From positions 3,488,001-3,552,000 of the forward strand of contig OZ242008.1 of assembly GCA_965204735.1 (NCBI GenBank): a stretch of 64,000 nucleotides of DNA, read 5' to 3'. Origin of the DNA: Longimicrobiales bacterium (GTDB lineage: Bacteria; Gemmatimonadota; Gemmatimonadetes; Longimicrobiales; Gaopeijiaceae). The notes under the pieces were generated by a model. That model worked only from the letters and a program-made list of their open reading frames with translations. It searched no databases and was not told where the DNA came from. Positions 8,384 through 18,174 of the stretch are shown in pieces (the stretch's first letter is position 1; each line of letters opens with the position of its first letter). The position numbers and the translations under genes were made by a program.

Positions 8384-8466
8384 GAAGGCAGTCTTCCGCG
8401 CACTTCCGAGTCAGCGCGGCGTCCGACGACCACCTCGACCTTCCCGCCTGGAGCTGCCGGACCGCC

Positions 8467-10086
8467 ATGCGCCTTCAGTTCAAGGGACAGGTCTTCGTCG
8501 AGAACCACCACTTGGCCGTCCCTTTCCACGAGCTGAAGCCGGTCCGCTCCAAGGGAACCAGCCCGAAGGCCAGCCTCCACGACAACCTGATCGTCGAGGG
8601 CGACAATCTGGCAGCGCTCAAGGCGCTTCTGCCGACCTACCACGGCAAGGTCAAGTGCGTCTACATCGACCCTCCGTACAACACCGGCAACGAGGGGTGG
8701 GCTTACAGCGACCGAGTGAACTCGCCGATGATGCAGGACTGGTTCGGCAAGGTCGTGGACCGCGACGACCTGACCCGCCACGACAAGTGGTGCTGCATGA
8801 TGCTGCCCAGGCTGAAACTGCTGCGCGAACTGCTCGCCGACGACGGCGCGATCTTCGTGTCCATCGACGACAACGAGGTCCACCGGCTGCGGTTCCTGAT
8901 GGACGAGGTGTTCGGCGAAGAGAACTTCGTGGCGACGATCATATGGGAGAAGGTGTATTCGCCCAAGAGCAGCGCCAAGTACTTCTCGGAAAACCACGAC
9001 TTCATCATCGTGTACGCAAGAGACAAGGAGCAATTCGATCTGGGGTTGCTTCCCCGGACCAAGGAAGCCGACAAACGCTATTCCAATCCCGACGACGACC
9101 CTCGCGGGGCCTGGAAGGCGAGCGACTTGTCGGCGCGAAACCCGTACTCTCGCGGAATCTATGCCATCCAATGTCCAGGGGGACGCAGAATCGAAGGGCC
9201 TCCTGCAGGCAGATTTTGGCTGTACTCCGAGCAGAAGTTCTGGGAGATGCATGAAGACAATCGAATATGGTGGGGCGAAGACGGCGATCAGGTGCCAGCC
9301 GTCAAGCGCTTCCTGTCCGAGGTCAAGTCGGGGATGGTGCCGGAGACCATTTGGACGTACAAGGAGGTAGGACATACGCAACGAGCCAAGAAGACCCTCT
9401 TGGACATATTCCCGGACGACTTTCCGAACTTCACCACCGCCAAGCCGGTCGAATTGATCTCGCGAATCCTGCGCCTGGCCACCGACAAGGATTCCATCGT
9501 GCTCGACTCCTTCGCCGGCTCCGGCACCACCGCCCAAGCCGTGCTGGCCCTCAACAAGGAGGACGGGGGCAACCGGCGCTTTGTGCTGGTGGAGTGCGAG
9601 GACTACGTGGACACGTTGACGGCGGAGCGAGTGCGACGGGTCGTCAAGGGCGTCCCCGGAGCCAAAGACGAGAGCCTGGCAGCTGGGCTTGGCGGAACGT
9701 TCAGCTACTTCAAGTTGGGCCGACCGATGCGACGGGAATCCATGCTGAAGAAGTCGGGGCTGCCGGCGTACGAGAGGCTGGCTGGCTACATCTTCTTCAC
9801 GGCCACCGGCGAAGAGTTCGAGCCCGAACGGGTGAACCGCGACGCGTGGTTCATCGGCACGAGCACTCTTTGGGACGTATTCCTGATCTACGACACCGAC
9901 ATCGACACGCTCAAGAACTTGGCGCTGACGCTCGACATCGCACAGAAGTTGCCGGACAGCGGCCGGAAGCGGCTTGTGTTTGCGCCCACCAAGTACATGG
10001 ACGCGGAGCTGCTGCACCAGCATCGCATTCTCTTCTCCCAGCTCCCGTTCGAGATCTACGATACGGTGGACAGGTTGGCCAAGTGA
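8467..10086 (+). CDS. mod: Type III restriction-modification methyltransferase subunit
   Basis: EGDNL..LK, YIDPPYNTG, SIDDNE, KPVELI, VLDSFAGSGTTAQAV; beta-class m6A MTase with a lower-GC central target-recognition region. Confidence 0.93.
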   Translation: MRLQFKGQVFVENHHLAVPFHELKPVRSKGTSPKASLHDNLIVEGDNLAALKALLPTYHGKVKCVYIDPPYNTGNEGWAYSDRVNSPMMQDWFGKVVDRDDLTRHDKWCCMMLPRLKLLRELLADDGAIFVSIDDNEVHRLRFLMDEVFGEENFVATIIWEKVYSPKSSAKYFSENHDFIIVYARDKEQFDLGLLPRTKEADKRYSNPDDDPRGAWKASDLSARNPYSRGIYAIQCPGGRRIEGPPAGRFWLYSEQKFWEMHEDNRIWWGEDGDQVPAVKRFLSEVKSGMVPETIWTYKEVGHTQRAKKTLLDIFPDDFPNFTTAKPVELISRILRLATDKDSIVLDSFAGSGTTAQAVLALNKEDGGNRRFVLVECEDYVDTLTAERVRRVVKGVPGAKDESLAAGLGGTFSYFKLGRPMRRESMLKKSGLPAYERLAGYIFFTATGEEFEPERVNRDAWFIGTSTLWDVFLIYDTDIDTLKNLALTLDIAQKLPDSGRKRLVFAPTKYMDAELLHQHRILFSQLPFEIYDTVDRLAK

Positions 10087-12632
10087 TCCTCAAGGACTAC
10101 CAGAAACGGGCCCTGGACACGGTTCGGGACTACGTGGAGTGCTTGGCAAAGTGGCGCGACAAGGTCGCCGACCTGGATCCGGAACTCGAATTCGACTGGG
10201 CGGCAAAGGCCTGGGAGAAGTGTGGTCCGTCACGCCACTACGTGCCCCGACGCAACGGTCTGTGGCGTCCGCTGCCCACCTTCTGCCTCAAGGTTCCAAC
10301 GGGGGGCGGCAAGACGTTGATGGCGACCAAGGTGATCGACGTGGTCCATACGCACTTGCACCGACGACAGACGGGACTGGTGCTGTGGATCGTTCCCACC
10401 ACGCAGATATACAACCAGACTCTGAAAGCGCTGAAGGACCGCGACCATCCGTACCGCCAGCAGCTGGACGTGTTGTCGGCGGGACGCACCCTCGTCTTGG
10501 AGAAGACAAGCGGCTTCGCCCGTCGCGACGTGTCGGAGAAGCTGTGCATCCTCTTGCTGATGCTGCCTTCCGCCAACCGCCGCACCAAGGAACAGCTCCG
10601 CATGTTCCGGGACAGCGGCGGCTTCGACCACTTCTTCCCCCCGGACGACGATGTCGAGGGCCACAAGAAGTTGCTGACGAAGGTGCCGAACCTGGACACG
10701 TTCGAACAGGAGAGCGGGGTCTGGGGCTGCTACGTCAAGACTTCCCTGGGCAACACCCTGCGCCTGCTTCAACCACTGATCGTGCTGGACGAAGGGCACA
10801 GGGCGTACAGCCGGAACGCCAAGAAGACCCTGGAGGGCTTCAATCCGTGCATGATCGTCGAGCTTTCGGCCACGCCTCCCAGGGACGCCAACGTCTTGGT
10901 GAATATCGCGGGCCGGGAGCTCGCCGCGGAAGAGATGGTCAAGCTCGATCTGCACATCAAGAACAGCGGCAGTCCCAACTGGGAGGACACGCTGCTGGCG
11001 TCGATCGAGCACCGCAAGCTGCTGGAGGAAGAAGCGCGGCTGCACGAGGCCGAGACGGGCCGGCACATCCGCCCCATCTGCCTGATTCAGGTGGAGCGCA
11101 CGGGGAGGGACCAGCGCCGCCCCGGCGTCGTGCACGCCGAGGACGTCAGGGAGTACCTGCTTCGCCACCCGGAGATCCGCCCGGAGCACGTTGTCGTCAA
11201 GACCAGCCAGAAGGACGAGCTGAAGGTGGTGGACGAGGTCGGCGGCCTGCTGGCCAGAGACTGCCCCGTGAGGTTCATCGTCACGAAGCAGGCGTTGCAG
11301 GAAGGTTGGGACTGCTCCTTCGCCTACGTCTTGGCGATCCTGACGAACCCGGCGTCGAAGAGCGCGCTGACCCAGCTCGTGGGCCGGATCTTGCGTCAAC
11401 CCTACGCCAAGAAGACGGGCGTTCCCCGGCTCGACGAGAGCTACGTCTTCTGCTTCCAGCGCCGGGGGGCGGAGCTGCTCCAGGAAGTGCGCAAGGGCTT
11501 CGGACTGGAAGGCTTGCAGGATCTCGAAGGCAAGGTCGTGGCCGACGACGAAGAAGGGCATTTCGTGCCGGGGGAACCGGTGCTGGCGCGTCGGCGCGGT
11601 CGCTACCGCGACGCCGTCCGGGACTTCGTGCTGCCCGCGTTCATGATCAAGGACGGCCCCGGCTGGCGGCCCGTGCGATACGAGACCGACATCTTGTCGC
11701 GGGTTCCGTGGGACGACGTGGACGTGCGCCCGCTGTTCGACCTGCCCCTGGGCCAGGCGGGCGGCGGCAGCTTCGACCTGCGCGCCGGACTAGACGAGGA
11801 AGAGGCGTTGACTGCTCCTGCCGTCGCCAGCACCGGCGCAGCGCGCGAAGGCGAAGACGTGATCGACTACTACTTCGCCGCCGGCCATCTGCTGAACGTC
11901 ATGCCGAACCCATGGCGCGGCGCCGAAGCCGCCGAGAGGGTCTTCGAAGCGTTGGCGCAGAAGCATCCGCGCGGGCAAGTGCAGACGAGCTACATGTTCG
12001 TCCTCGAAGAGCTGCGCAAGCACCTGGAAGGAGAGCGGGACCGACTGTCTCGGGCTGTCTTTTTCGACATGCTGGAGCGCGGCGTCATGCGGTTCCTGGT
12101 GGTAGCCGACGACCTGACGTTCAATCGCCCGCCGTCGGAGGTCGAAATCGGAAGCGGCAAGCAAGCGAACCGGACGGACGGCAGCCAGTTCGTCCTCAAC
12201 TTGTACGAGCGCACCAGCGAGGAAGACCTGAACGCGCTGGAAGCCAAGGTGGCCACGTACCTGGACCAGCAGGCGCGGCTGTTCTTCTGGTACCGGAACC
12301 GGAGCCGCAAGGACTACTACGTGCAGGGCTGGAAGCCCCGGCGCGTCTACGCGGACTTCGTGTTCGCGCTCAAAGCGGAGGGCCGGGAAGGCGAGGCGGA
12401 GCGAGGCGACGACAAGGGCTTCGGCGACGTGTTCGTGCTCGAGACCAAGGGACTGCACCTCAAGCAGTCGGAGGACACCGACTACAAGCGGTCCGTCTTC
12501 GACACGTGCTCCGAGCTGGCCAAGCAGAAGGAATGGGCCGAGTTCGCGCCGACGATGCGCGACAAGGTCGTGCGCTTCGAGGTCGTCGACGAGGACGAGT
12601 GGCAACAGCGGCTCAACGCGATGCTGGCCTGA
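10083..12632 (+). CDS. res: Type III restriction enzyme subunit (SF2 helicase plus PD-(D/E)xK nuclease)
   Basis: GTGA overlap with the mod stop; LKDYQ, KVPTGGGKT, DEGH, SATP, ALQEGWD, QLVGRILR; YADF...LETKG nuclease motif. Confidence 0.92.
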   Translation: MILKDYQKRALDTVRDYVECLAKWRDKVADLDPELEFDWAAKAWEKCGPSRHYVPRRNGLWRPLPTFCLKVPTGGGKTLMATKVIDVVHTHLHRRQTGLVLWIVPTTQIYNQTLKALKDRDHPYRQQLDVLSAGRTLVLEKTSGFARRDVSEKLCILLLMLPSANRRTKEQLRMFRDSGGFDHFFPPDDDVEGHKKLLTKVPNLDTFEQESGVWGCYVKTSLGNTLRLLQPLIVLDEGHRAYSRNAKKTLEGFNPCMIVELSATPPRDANVLVNIAGRELAAEEMVKLDLHIKNSGSPNWEDTLLASIEHRKLLEEEARLHEAETGRHIRPICLIQVERTGRDQRRPGVVHAEDVREYLLRHPEIRPEHVVVKTSQKDELKVVDEVGGLLARDCPVRFIVTKQALQEGWDCSFAYVLAILTNPASKSALTQLVGRILRQPYAKKTGVPRLDESYVFCFQRRGAELLQEVRKGFGLEGLQDLEGKVVADDEEGHFVPGEPVLARRRGRYRDAVRDFVLPAFMIKDGPGWRPVRYETDILSRVPWDDVDVRPLFDLPLGQAGGGSFDLRAGLDEEEALTAPAVASTGAAREGEDVIDYYFAAGHLLNVMPNPWRGAEAAERVFEALAQKHPRGQVQTSYMFVLEELRKHLEGERDRLSRAVFFDMLERGVMRFLVVADDLTFNRPPSEVEIGSGKQANRTDGSQFVLNLYERTSEEDLNALEAKVATYLDQQARLFFWYRNRSRKDYYVQGWKPRRVYADFVFALKAEGREGEAERGDDKGFGDVFVLETKGLHLKQSEDTDYKRSVFDTCSELAKQKEWAEFAPTMRDKVVRFEVVDEDEWQQRLNAMLA

Positions 12633-15600
12633 TGGGCCTTGGCCCGGCTGGGTCATCACCCTCGCCGGGCAAGCGGTCGGTTTCCGAGACGTTATTCGTT
12701 GTGGTGTCGCCGGAGCCGGACGCTCCGTCGACTTTGGCTTCGGAGTCGGCCGGCATCGCCGGATGCGCGAGCGCGGCGGCGATCGAAGTGTCCGCGTGAG
12801 CCTGGATCTTCACGCCGGTCGGCAGCGACAGCGCGTTTGCCGGCACGCTCACGCCGTCCGTGTCCAGGTCCCCCGCCTGCACCGTGTACTGGAACCCCAG
12901 CGCCCACGGCACGTGCCACGTCATCGGCAACTTCCGCGTCGCCGTCCCCACTGTCAGCTCCAGCTCCGGCGCGCCCGTCACCTTGACCCATCCCCTGTGG
13001 ATGTTCACCGCCAAGTCCACCGTGTCCCCCAGCCCGTAAGTGCCGCCGTCGGCCGGAGAACTGATCACCTCGACCGATCTCACCCAAGGAATCGGCGTAA
13101 GGTCGCCGTTCACCTTCCGAGTCCTGTCCGCAGGCACGCCGGGATGGTCCAGCCTGGCGTCCGTAGCGCTGTCCGAAGCCGCCCGGAGCCACACCCCCGC
13201 GTCGAGGCTCACCACCCCCGGCGGCACGCTCGGCCCGTCCGGGGCTCGGTTCCCTCGAGCGACCCTGCTGTACATCATCAGCGCCAGCCCCTCCCCGCGA
13301 ATCTTGGCGAAGATCGTGGGGACCGTGTCCGCTCCGATCTCGATTCTCACCGACGGATTCGAGTGCTTGCGCTTCACGACCGGCTGGTCGTAGTACGCCG
13401 TCACCCACAGCTTGTCGCCGTACATGTACACGCTGTCCGCCGGCGCCGAATTGGTGTGCTTGATGAACTCCATCCGCACGATCCGCGGCCGCCCGTCCAC
13501 CTTCCGCGTCGTGTCCCCCGCCACTGCCCCGTGGGCAATGCCCACCGCCGTCGCGCTGTCCGCCGCCGCCAAGATCCTCCCCCCGTTCAGCTCCACCGCG
13601 TTCGCCGCGATGCCCGCGCCGTCGTCGTCCCGGTCCGACGTCTGCACCGTGTACGTGAAGTCCAAGGTCGTGCCGGGGGCCGTCGGCACCACGACCTCTG
13701 CCGGCCGCGTCCGCGTTCCGATCGTCAGCGCCATCCGGGGCTTCCCGCCCACGGTGTCCACCACCACGCTCTTGTCGAACGTGATTCGCGTCCGAATCTG
13801 CTGGCCGTACACGTAGGTGGCGCCCTCCGCGGGCGAACTCACGAACCCAGCGGCGACCAGCCTGGGAAGTATGCCGTCAACTCTGGCTTCGGAGTCGGCC
13901 GGCATCGCCGGATGCGCGAGCGCCGCGGCGAGCGAAGTGTCCGCGTAAGCCTGGATCCTCACGCCCGCCGGCAGCGACAGCGCGTTTGCCGGCACGCTCA
14001 CGCCGTCCGTGTCCAGGTCCCCCGCCTGCACCGTGTATTGGAACCCCAGCGCCCACGGCACGTGCCACGTCATCGGCAACTTGCGCGTCGCCGTCCCCAC
14101 CGTCAGCTCCAGCTCCGGCGCGCCCGTCACCTTGACCCATCCCCTGTGGATGTTCGCCGCCAAGTCCACCGTGTCCCCCAGCCCGTAAGTGCCGCCGTTG
14201 GCCGGAGAACTGATCACCTCGACCGATCTCACCCAAGGAATCGGCGTAAGGTCGCCGTTCACCTTCCGAGTCCTGTCCGCAGGCACGCCGGGATGGTCCA
14301 GCCTGGCGTCCGTAGCGCTGTCCGAAGCCGCCCGGAGCCACACCCCCGCGTCGAGGCTCACCACCCCCGGCGGCACGCTCGGCCCGTCCGGGGCTCGGTT
14401 CCCTCGAGCGACCCTGCTGTACATCATCAGCGCCAGCCCCTCCCCGCGAATCTTGGCGAAGATCGTGGGGACCGTGTCCGCTCCGATCTCGATTCTCACC
14501 GACGGATTCGAGTGCTTGCGCTTCACGACCGGCTGGTCGTAGTACGCCGTCACCCACAGCTTGTCGCCGTACATGTACACGCTGTCCGCCGGCGCCGAAT
14601 TGGTGTGCTTGATGAACTCCATCCGCACGATCCGCGGCCGCCCGTCCACCTTTCGCGTCGTGTCCCCCGCCACCGCCCCGTGGGCAATGCCCACCGCCGT
14701 CGCGCTGTCCGCCGCCGCCAAGATCCTCCCCCCGTTCAGCTCCACCGCGTTCGCCGCGATGCCCGCGCCGTCGTCGTCCCGGTCCGACGTCTGCACCGTG
14801 TACTCGAAATCAACGTGGCGACGTGCGTGCCGAGCGTAAAGCGCCTTCACTGTGTCCGCCTCTTGGCCCAGCAGCTCCGTGAACACCAGCTTGGCCGACG
14901 GCTTTCCCTGGGTGATGTCCACGATCACGTCTCGGTCGAACTCGGCGCGCAACCTGATCGTGTCGCTCCATAGATGCGTGTTGTTCGCTGGCGCTTCGCC
15001 CATGAAGAGCATTCGTTGCAGAGCAGGCGCTCGCGGGCGGTTTCCCTGCACCTTGCGAGTCGCGTCCGCGGCCACCGAGTCGTGGGACAAGTCGGCCGCG
15101 GTCGTGCTGTCCGATGCCGCTTTGATCGTTCCGCCATTCAGGTCCACCGAGTCGGATGGAACGCTCAGGCCGTCGGCGTCGACGTCGCTCGTCTTCACGG
15201 CATAGCCGAACGCCAAGGCCGAGTCCGTCGGCTTGCGCAGGTAGCTCGCCCACTCCGTACTCGAACCAACCTGCAACCGGAGCTGAGGCCGCCCGCCCGC
15301 GACGTCAACGACGACCCCTTGGTCGAACGTGACATGCACTCGCACGGTGTCGTCGGCTCGGTAGGAGCTGTCGCCCGGCGCGTCGCCAGCAAACGCTATC
15401 TGGGACGCCCACGGCCGACCATCCACCTTCTGGCTCGCAACGTTCGATATCCCGACGTGAGACAGATCGGCATTGGTGCTTGCGTCGACCGACTTGATCG
15501 CTCCTCCTCCGAGGTCCACGGCGTTGGCCGGAATGCTCATTCCGTCCAGATCTCGGTCTGCCGACTTCACGTTGTAGTGGAAGATCAGGTTGCGATCATC

Positions 15601-15912
15601 GTTCTGCTTCGCGTACTTGGCCCGCGCCGTGTCCGAGCCGATCAGCAGCTTGACGTCCGGGGTACCGCTGGTCGTGTCTACCACAACGGTCTGGGCAAAT
15701 GCGACCCGCACGACAACCAACTCTCCGAACCTGTGTACACCGCCGGCCGTCGCCGCCCGCGCGAACTGGATGGCGGTGATCCGGGGGGCCACAGCGCCCT
15801 GTGCCGCAATCGCTGGGAGCGTCAGGACGCTTTCCGGAGCAGTGGCGGGACGTCCGTCACTGCATCCGGCAATCCATGCGACCGCGAACGCCGTGGCAAC
15901 ACGAAGATTCAT
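12613..15912 (-). CDS. Large surface lipoprotein built of about eight Ig-like repeats of about 125-130 aa
   Basis: Lipobox IAGC; recurring TY..GD.V...V.F...V.V.G.P.L.L.VG...F.YTVQ..D.D.DG..V.AN...L..G modules. Confidence 0.8.
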   Translation of the reverse strand: MNLRVATAFAVAWIAGCSDGRPATAPESVLTLPAIAAQGAVAPRITAIQFARAATAGGVHRFGELVVVRVAFAQTVVVDTTSGTPDVKLLIGSDTARAKYAKQNDDRNLIFHYNVKSADRDLDGMSIPANAVDLGGGAIKSVDASTNADLSHVGISNVASQKVDGRPWASQIAFAGDAPGDSSYRADDTVRVHVTFDQGVVVDVAGGRPQLRLQVGSSTEWASYLRKPTDSALAFGYAVKTSDVDADGLSVPSDSVDLNGGTIKAASDSTTAADLSHDSVAADATRKVQGNRPRAPALQRMLFMGEAPANNTHLWSDTIRLRAEFDRDVIVDITQGKPSAKLVFTELLGQEADTVKALYARHARRHVDFEYTVQTSDRDDDGAGIAANAVELNGGRILAAADSATAVGIAHGAVAGDTTRKVDGRPRIVRMEFIKHTNSAPADSVYMYGDKLWVTAYYDQPVVKRKHSNPSVRIEIGADTVPTIFAKIRGEGLALMMYSRVARGNRAPDGPSVPPGVVSLDAGVWLRAASDSATDARLDHPGVPADRTRKVNGDLTPIPWVRSVEVISSPANGGTYGLGDTVDLAANIHRGWVKVTGAPELELTVGTATRKLPMTWHVPWALGFQYTVQAGDLDTDGVSVPANALSLPAGVRIQAYADTSLAAALAHPAMPADSEARVDGILPRLVAAGFVSSPAEGATYVYGQQIRTRITFDKSVVVDTVGGKPRMALTIGTRTRPAEVVVPTAPGTTLDFTYTVQTSDRDDDGAGIAANAVELNGGRILAAADSATAVGIAHGAVAGDTTRKVDGRPRIVRMEFIKHTNSAPADSVYMYGDKLWVTAYYDQPVVKRKHSNPSVRIEIGADTVPTIFAKIRGEGLALMMYSRVARGNRAPDGPSVPPGVVSLDAGVWLRAASDSATDARLDHPGVPADRTRKVNGDLTPIPWVRSVEVISSPADGGTYGLGDTVDLAVNIHRGWVKVTGAPELELTVGTATRKLPMTWHVPWALGFQYTVQAGDLDTDGVSVPANALSLPTGVKIQAHADTSIAAALAHPAMPADSEAKVDGASGSGDTTTNNVSETDRLPGEGDDPAGPRPIRPASR
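12736..14803. repeat. Intragenic near-identical duplication (about 12736-13654 and 13885-14803), 1149-bp period
   Basis: About 920 bp nearly identical; antisense ORFs at 13040 and 14189 differ by exactly 1149 bp. Confidence 0.92.
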
Positions 15913-15940
15913 TTGCCTGACCTCTTCTTGGGGATCATCG

Positions 15941-17647
15941 TCAGTCCTCCACCGTGAAGTGCATCATCATGCCGGCGTGCAGGTGCTCGGCGATGTGACA
16001 GTGCAACATCCAGTCGCCCGGGTTGGACATCTCGACCAGGATGTCCATGGTGGAGCCCACGGGGACGATCGCGGTGTCCTTCCACACCAGGTTGTCGTTG
16101 GGCACGTCGTCGCGGGCCAGCACGACGAAGCGCTGGCCGTGCACGTGCACCGGGTGGTTCATGGGGTGGAACGAATCGGGCGAGTTGAAGACGCGCATCT
16201 TGACCAAGTCGCCCACCTTGAAGCGCCAGTGGATCGCTTCGTTCTCGCGGCCGGTCGCAACGTCCCGCAGTATCCAGGTGACCTGGGTTCCGGTCGAGAG
16301 CCAGTTCATCATGGGCATGGCGTCGTTCCACTCCATGGGGGGCACGTACAGCGTGTCGGCCTCCATCGAGCGGACGATCGGCAGGGGCAGGCCCTGGACG
16401 CGGACGGTGGCCTCCAGCACGTGGTCGGGAGGGCGGCCCAGGTGAGCGCGCAGAGGCTCGGTTTCGGCGGCGACTTCGGCGTACTCTCGCAACGTTGCGA
16501 ACGCCTCGGTCATCGCGTCCCGAACCGGCGGACCCGAGACGCGCACCGTCGCAAGCGTGTCCACGTGGGGGTAGAACTCGCCCCGGAAGTGGTTCACGGC
16601 CTGGATGGTGTTGGCGATGGCGGCTTGGCCCGCCTCCGGGAACGACACGTCCACCACGTAGCGCTCGGCGGGGGCGATCACCACGCTCGACACCCACGTC
16701 TCCCGCTCGAAGCGGCCCACGTCCGACGCCACCAGCTTCACGCGCGCTGGCCCGAAGGTCACGTTGAAGGTGCGCGTGTTGGCCACGTTGGTGATGAAGA
16801 AGCGGACGACTTCGCCGGGCGCGGCCTCCAGCGCGTGGCCCGTCGCGCCATTGACAAGCATCACGTTGCCGAACCGCCCCATGAGCGCGTGGGTAGGCGC
16901 CTCTTCGCCCCATGGGATCAGGCCGCGGCCGTCCATGAGGATGTCGTCCAAGACCAGCAGCTCCTCCCGGTGGGCGGGGCCATAGTGGTCCGGGTCGGGA
17001 GACGACACCAGCAGGTTGCCGTAGAGGCCCAGGTCCTGCTGCACGTCTTCGCGCATGTGGGGGTGGTACCAGAACATCCCGGCGTCCGGGACCTTCAGCT
17101 CGTAGACGAACGACTCGCCCGGCGCGATCGGCGGCTGCGTCAGGCCGGGCACGCCGTCGAAGCGGTTGTCCAGTCGAAGCCCGTGCCAGTGCACGGTCGT
17201 CTCCGCCTCGATCCGGTTGGTGACCCGCACCGCGACCGTCGAGCCCTGCGGCGCTTGGATGAAGGGACCCGGGTACTGGCCGTTGTAGCCGTACATCGCC
17301 GTCGTGTGGCCCGCGAGCGTTCGCCGAACCAGCGTCACGTCCACGTTCAGCGTGTCCCCCGGCCCCAGCCGGACGACCTCGCTGGGCCGAGCCTCGGGCA
17401 ACGTGGCCAAGTCGATCCCCGCCCCCGCCAAGAACGCGCCGACAGGGGGCAACGCACTCTCCAGCCCGGGGAGCATGGGCATGTTCGGGTCCATCGGCGG
17501 CATCCGCCAGCCCGTTCCCATGTCGTGCATGGCGTGGGCCGCGTGGTCCATCTGCTGGGCGGCGGCGGGGGCGCCGGGCGTCAGCGCTTGTGCGGTGAGA
17601 AGTGCGCCGCACCCCATGGGCCGACCTAATCTGCGGCGCTTGATCAT
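15941..17647 (-). CDS. Multicopper oxidase (laccase/CueO-like)
   Basis: HWHG, WYHPH, HPVHVHG and WMLHCHIAEHLHAGMM copper ligands; Met/His-rich N-terminus; start chosen at the ATG overlapping the upstream REase stop. Confidence 0.92.
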   Translation of the reverse strand: MIKRRRLGRPMGCGALLTAQALTPGAPAAAQQMDHAAHAMHDMGTGWRMPPMDPNMPMLPGLESALPPVGAFLAGAGIDLATLPEARPSEVVRLGPGDTLNVDVTLVRRTLAGHTTAMYGYNGQYPGPFIQAPQGSTVAVRVTNRIEAETTVHWHGLRLDNRFDGVPGLTQPPIAPGESFVYELKVPDAGMFWYHPHMREDVQQDLGLYGNLLVSSPDPDHYGPAHREELLVLDDILMDGRGLIPWGEEAPTHALMGRFGNVMLVNGATGHALEAAPGEVVRFFITNVANTRTFNVTFGPARVKLVASDVGRFERETWVSSVVIAPAERYVVDVSFPEAGQAAIANTIQAVNHFRGEFYPHVDTLATVRVSGPPVRDAMTEAFATLREYAEVAAETEPLRAHLGRPPDHVLEATVRVQGLPLPIVRSMEADTLYVPPMEWNDAMPMMNWLSTGTQVTWILRDVATGRENEAIHWRFKVGDLVKMRVFNSPDSFHPMNHPVHVHGQRFVVLARDDVPNDNLVWKDTAIVPVGSTMDILVEMSNPGDWMLHCHIAEHLHAGMMMHFTVED

Positions 17648-18174
17648 CCCAAGAGAGGCCTGATGTGCCGATCGAAGTGTCGGATCAGTGTGTCGTGGTC
17701 GGAAATGTTCTCCCACAGCAAGACATGGCCCTCGTATCCACGAAACCAATGACGTATCGCTTGCCTGTAGTCCTCGTCGTTCGCTATGCCGTTTGTAAAC
17801 ACCCACCAACATGGAATAACATCTGGCGGTTGCCTGCCCTCGGCACGCATAGATGCCAGAATACCGGGTGCCCAATACTTGCATGCACGTTCGTGAGCAT
17901 TGCCCTTGGCTTGCTGGCGCTTGATCTCCACGTACATCGTTCGGCCAGTACTACGCCTGCGAATAGCATAGTCGGGCTTAATGCCATGCTTTCGTCCACT
18001 TGACCTCCACCCGTACATCCCGGCTAGATCGCTTGGCTTACTGTCTGCAACCAGATCTACAGACCCTTCTATGGCCCGCTGAATCGCTACCGCAAATGCA
18101 GTTTCTGCGCGCTGGCCACCGACCGCGGCATCGTCTTGCCACTTGTCCCTATCCGATAGTTCTATGCGGCCCAT
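17644..18174 (-). CDS. MunI-like type II restriction endonuclease
   Basis: MG..ELS.R..WQ, PD...EIKRQ catalytic motif, GNAHERACK and P.W.VF match the recalled R.MunI organisation; low GC. Confidence 0.85.
   Translation of the reverse strand: MGRIELSDRDKWQDDAAVGGQRAETAFAVAIQRAIEGSVDLVADSKPSDLAGMYGWRSSGRKHGIKPDYAIRRRSTGRTMYVEIKRQQAKGNAHERACKYWAPGILASMRAEGRQPPDVIPCWWVFTNGIANDEDYRQAIRHWFRGYEGHVLLWENISDHDTLIRHFDRHIRPLLG

Noticed and set aside
9267..10082. N-terminal extension of res (1121-aa ORF)
   Set aside because: Overlaps mod out of frame; the conserved Res start LKDYQ follows the GTG at 10083
17648..17884. Longer MCO N-terminus from 17884
   Set aside because: Overlaps the REase gene and does not resemble a signal peptide
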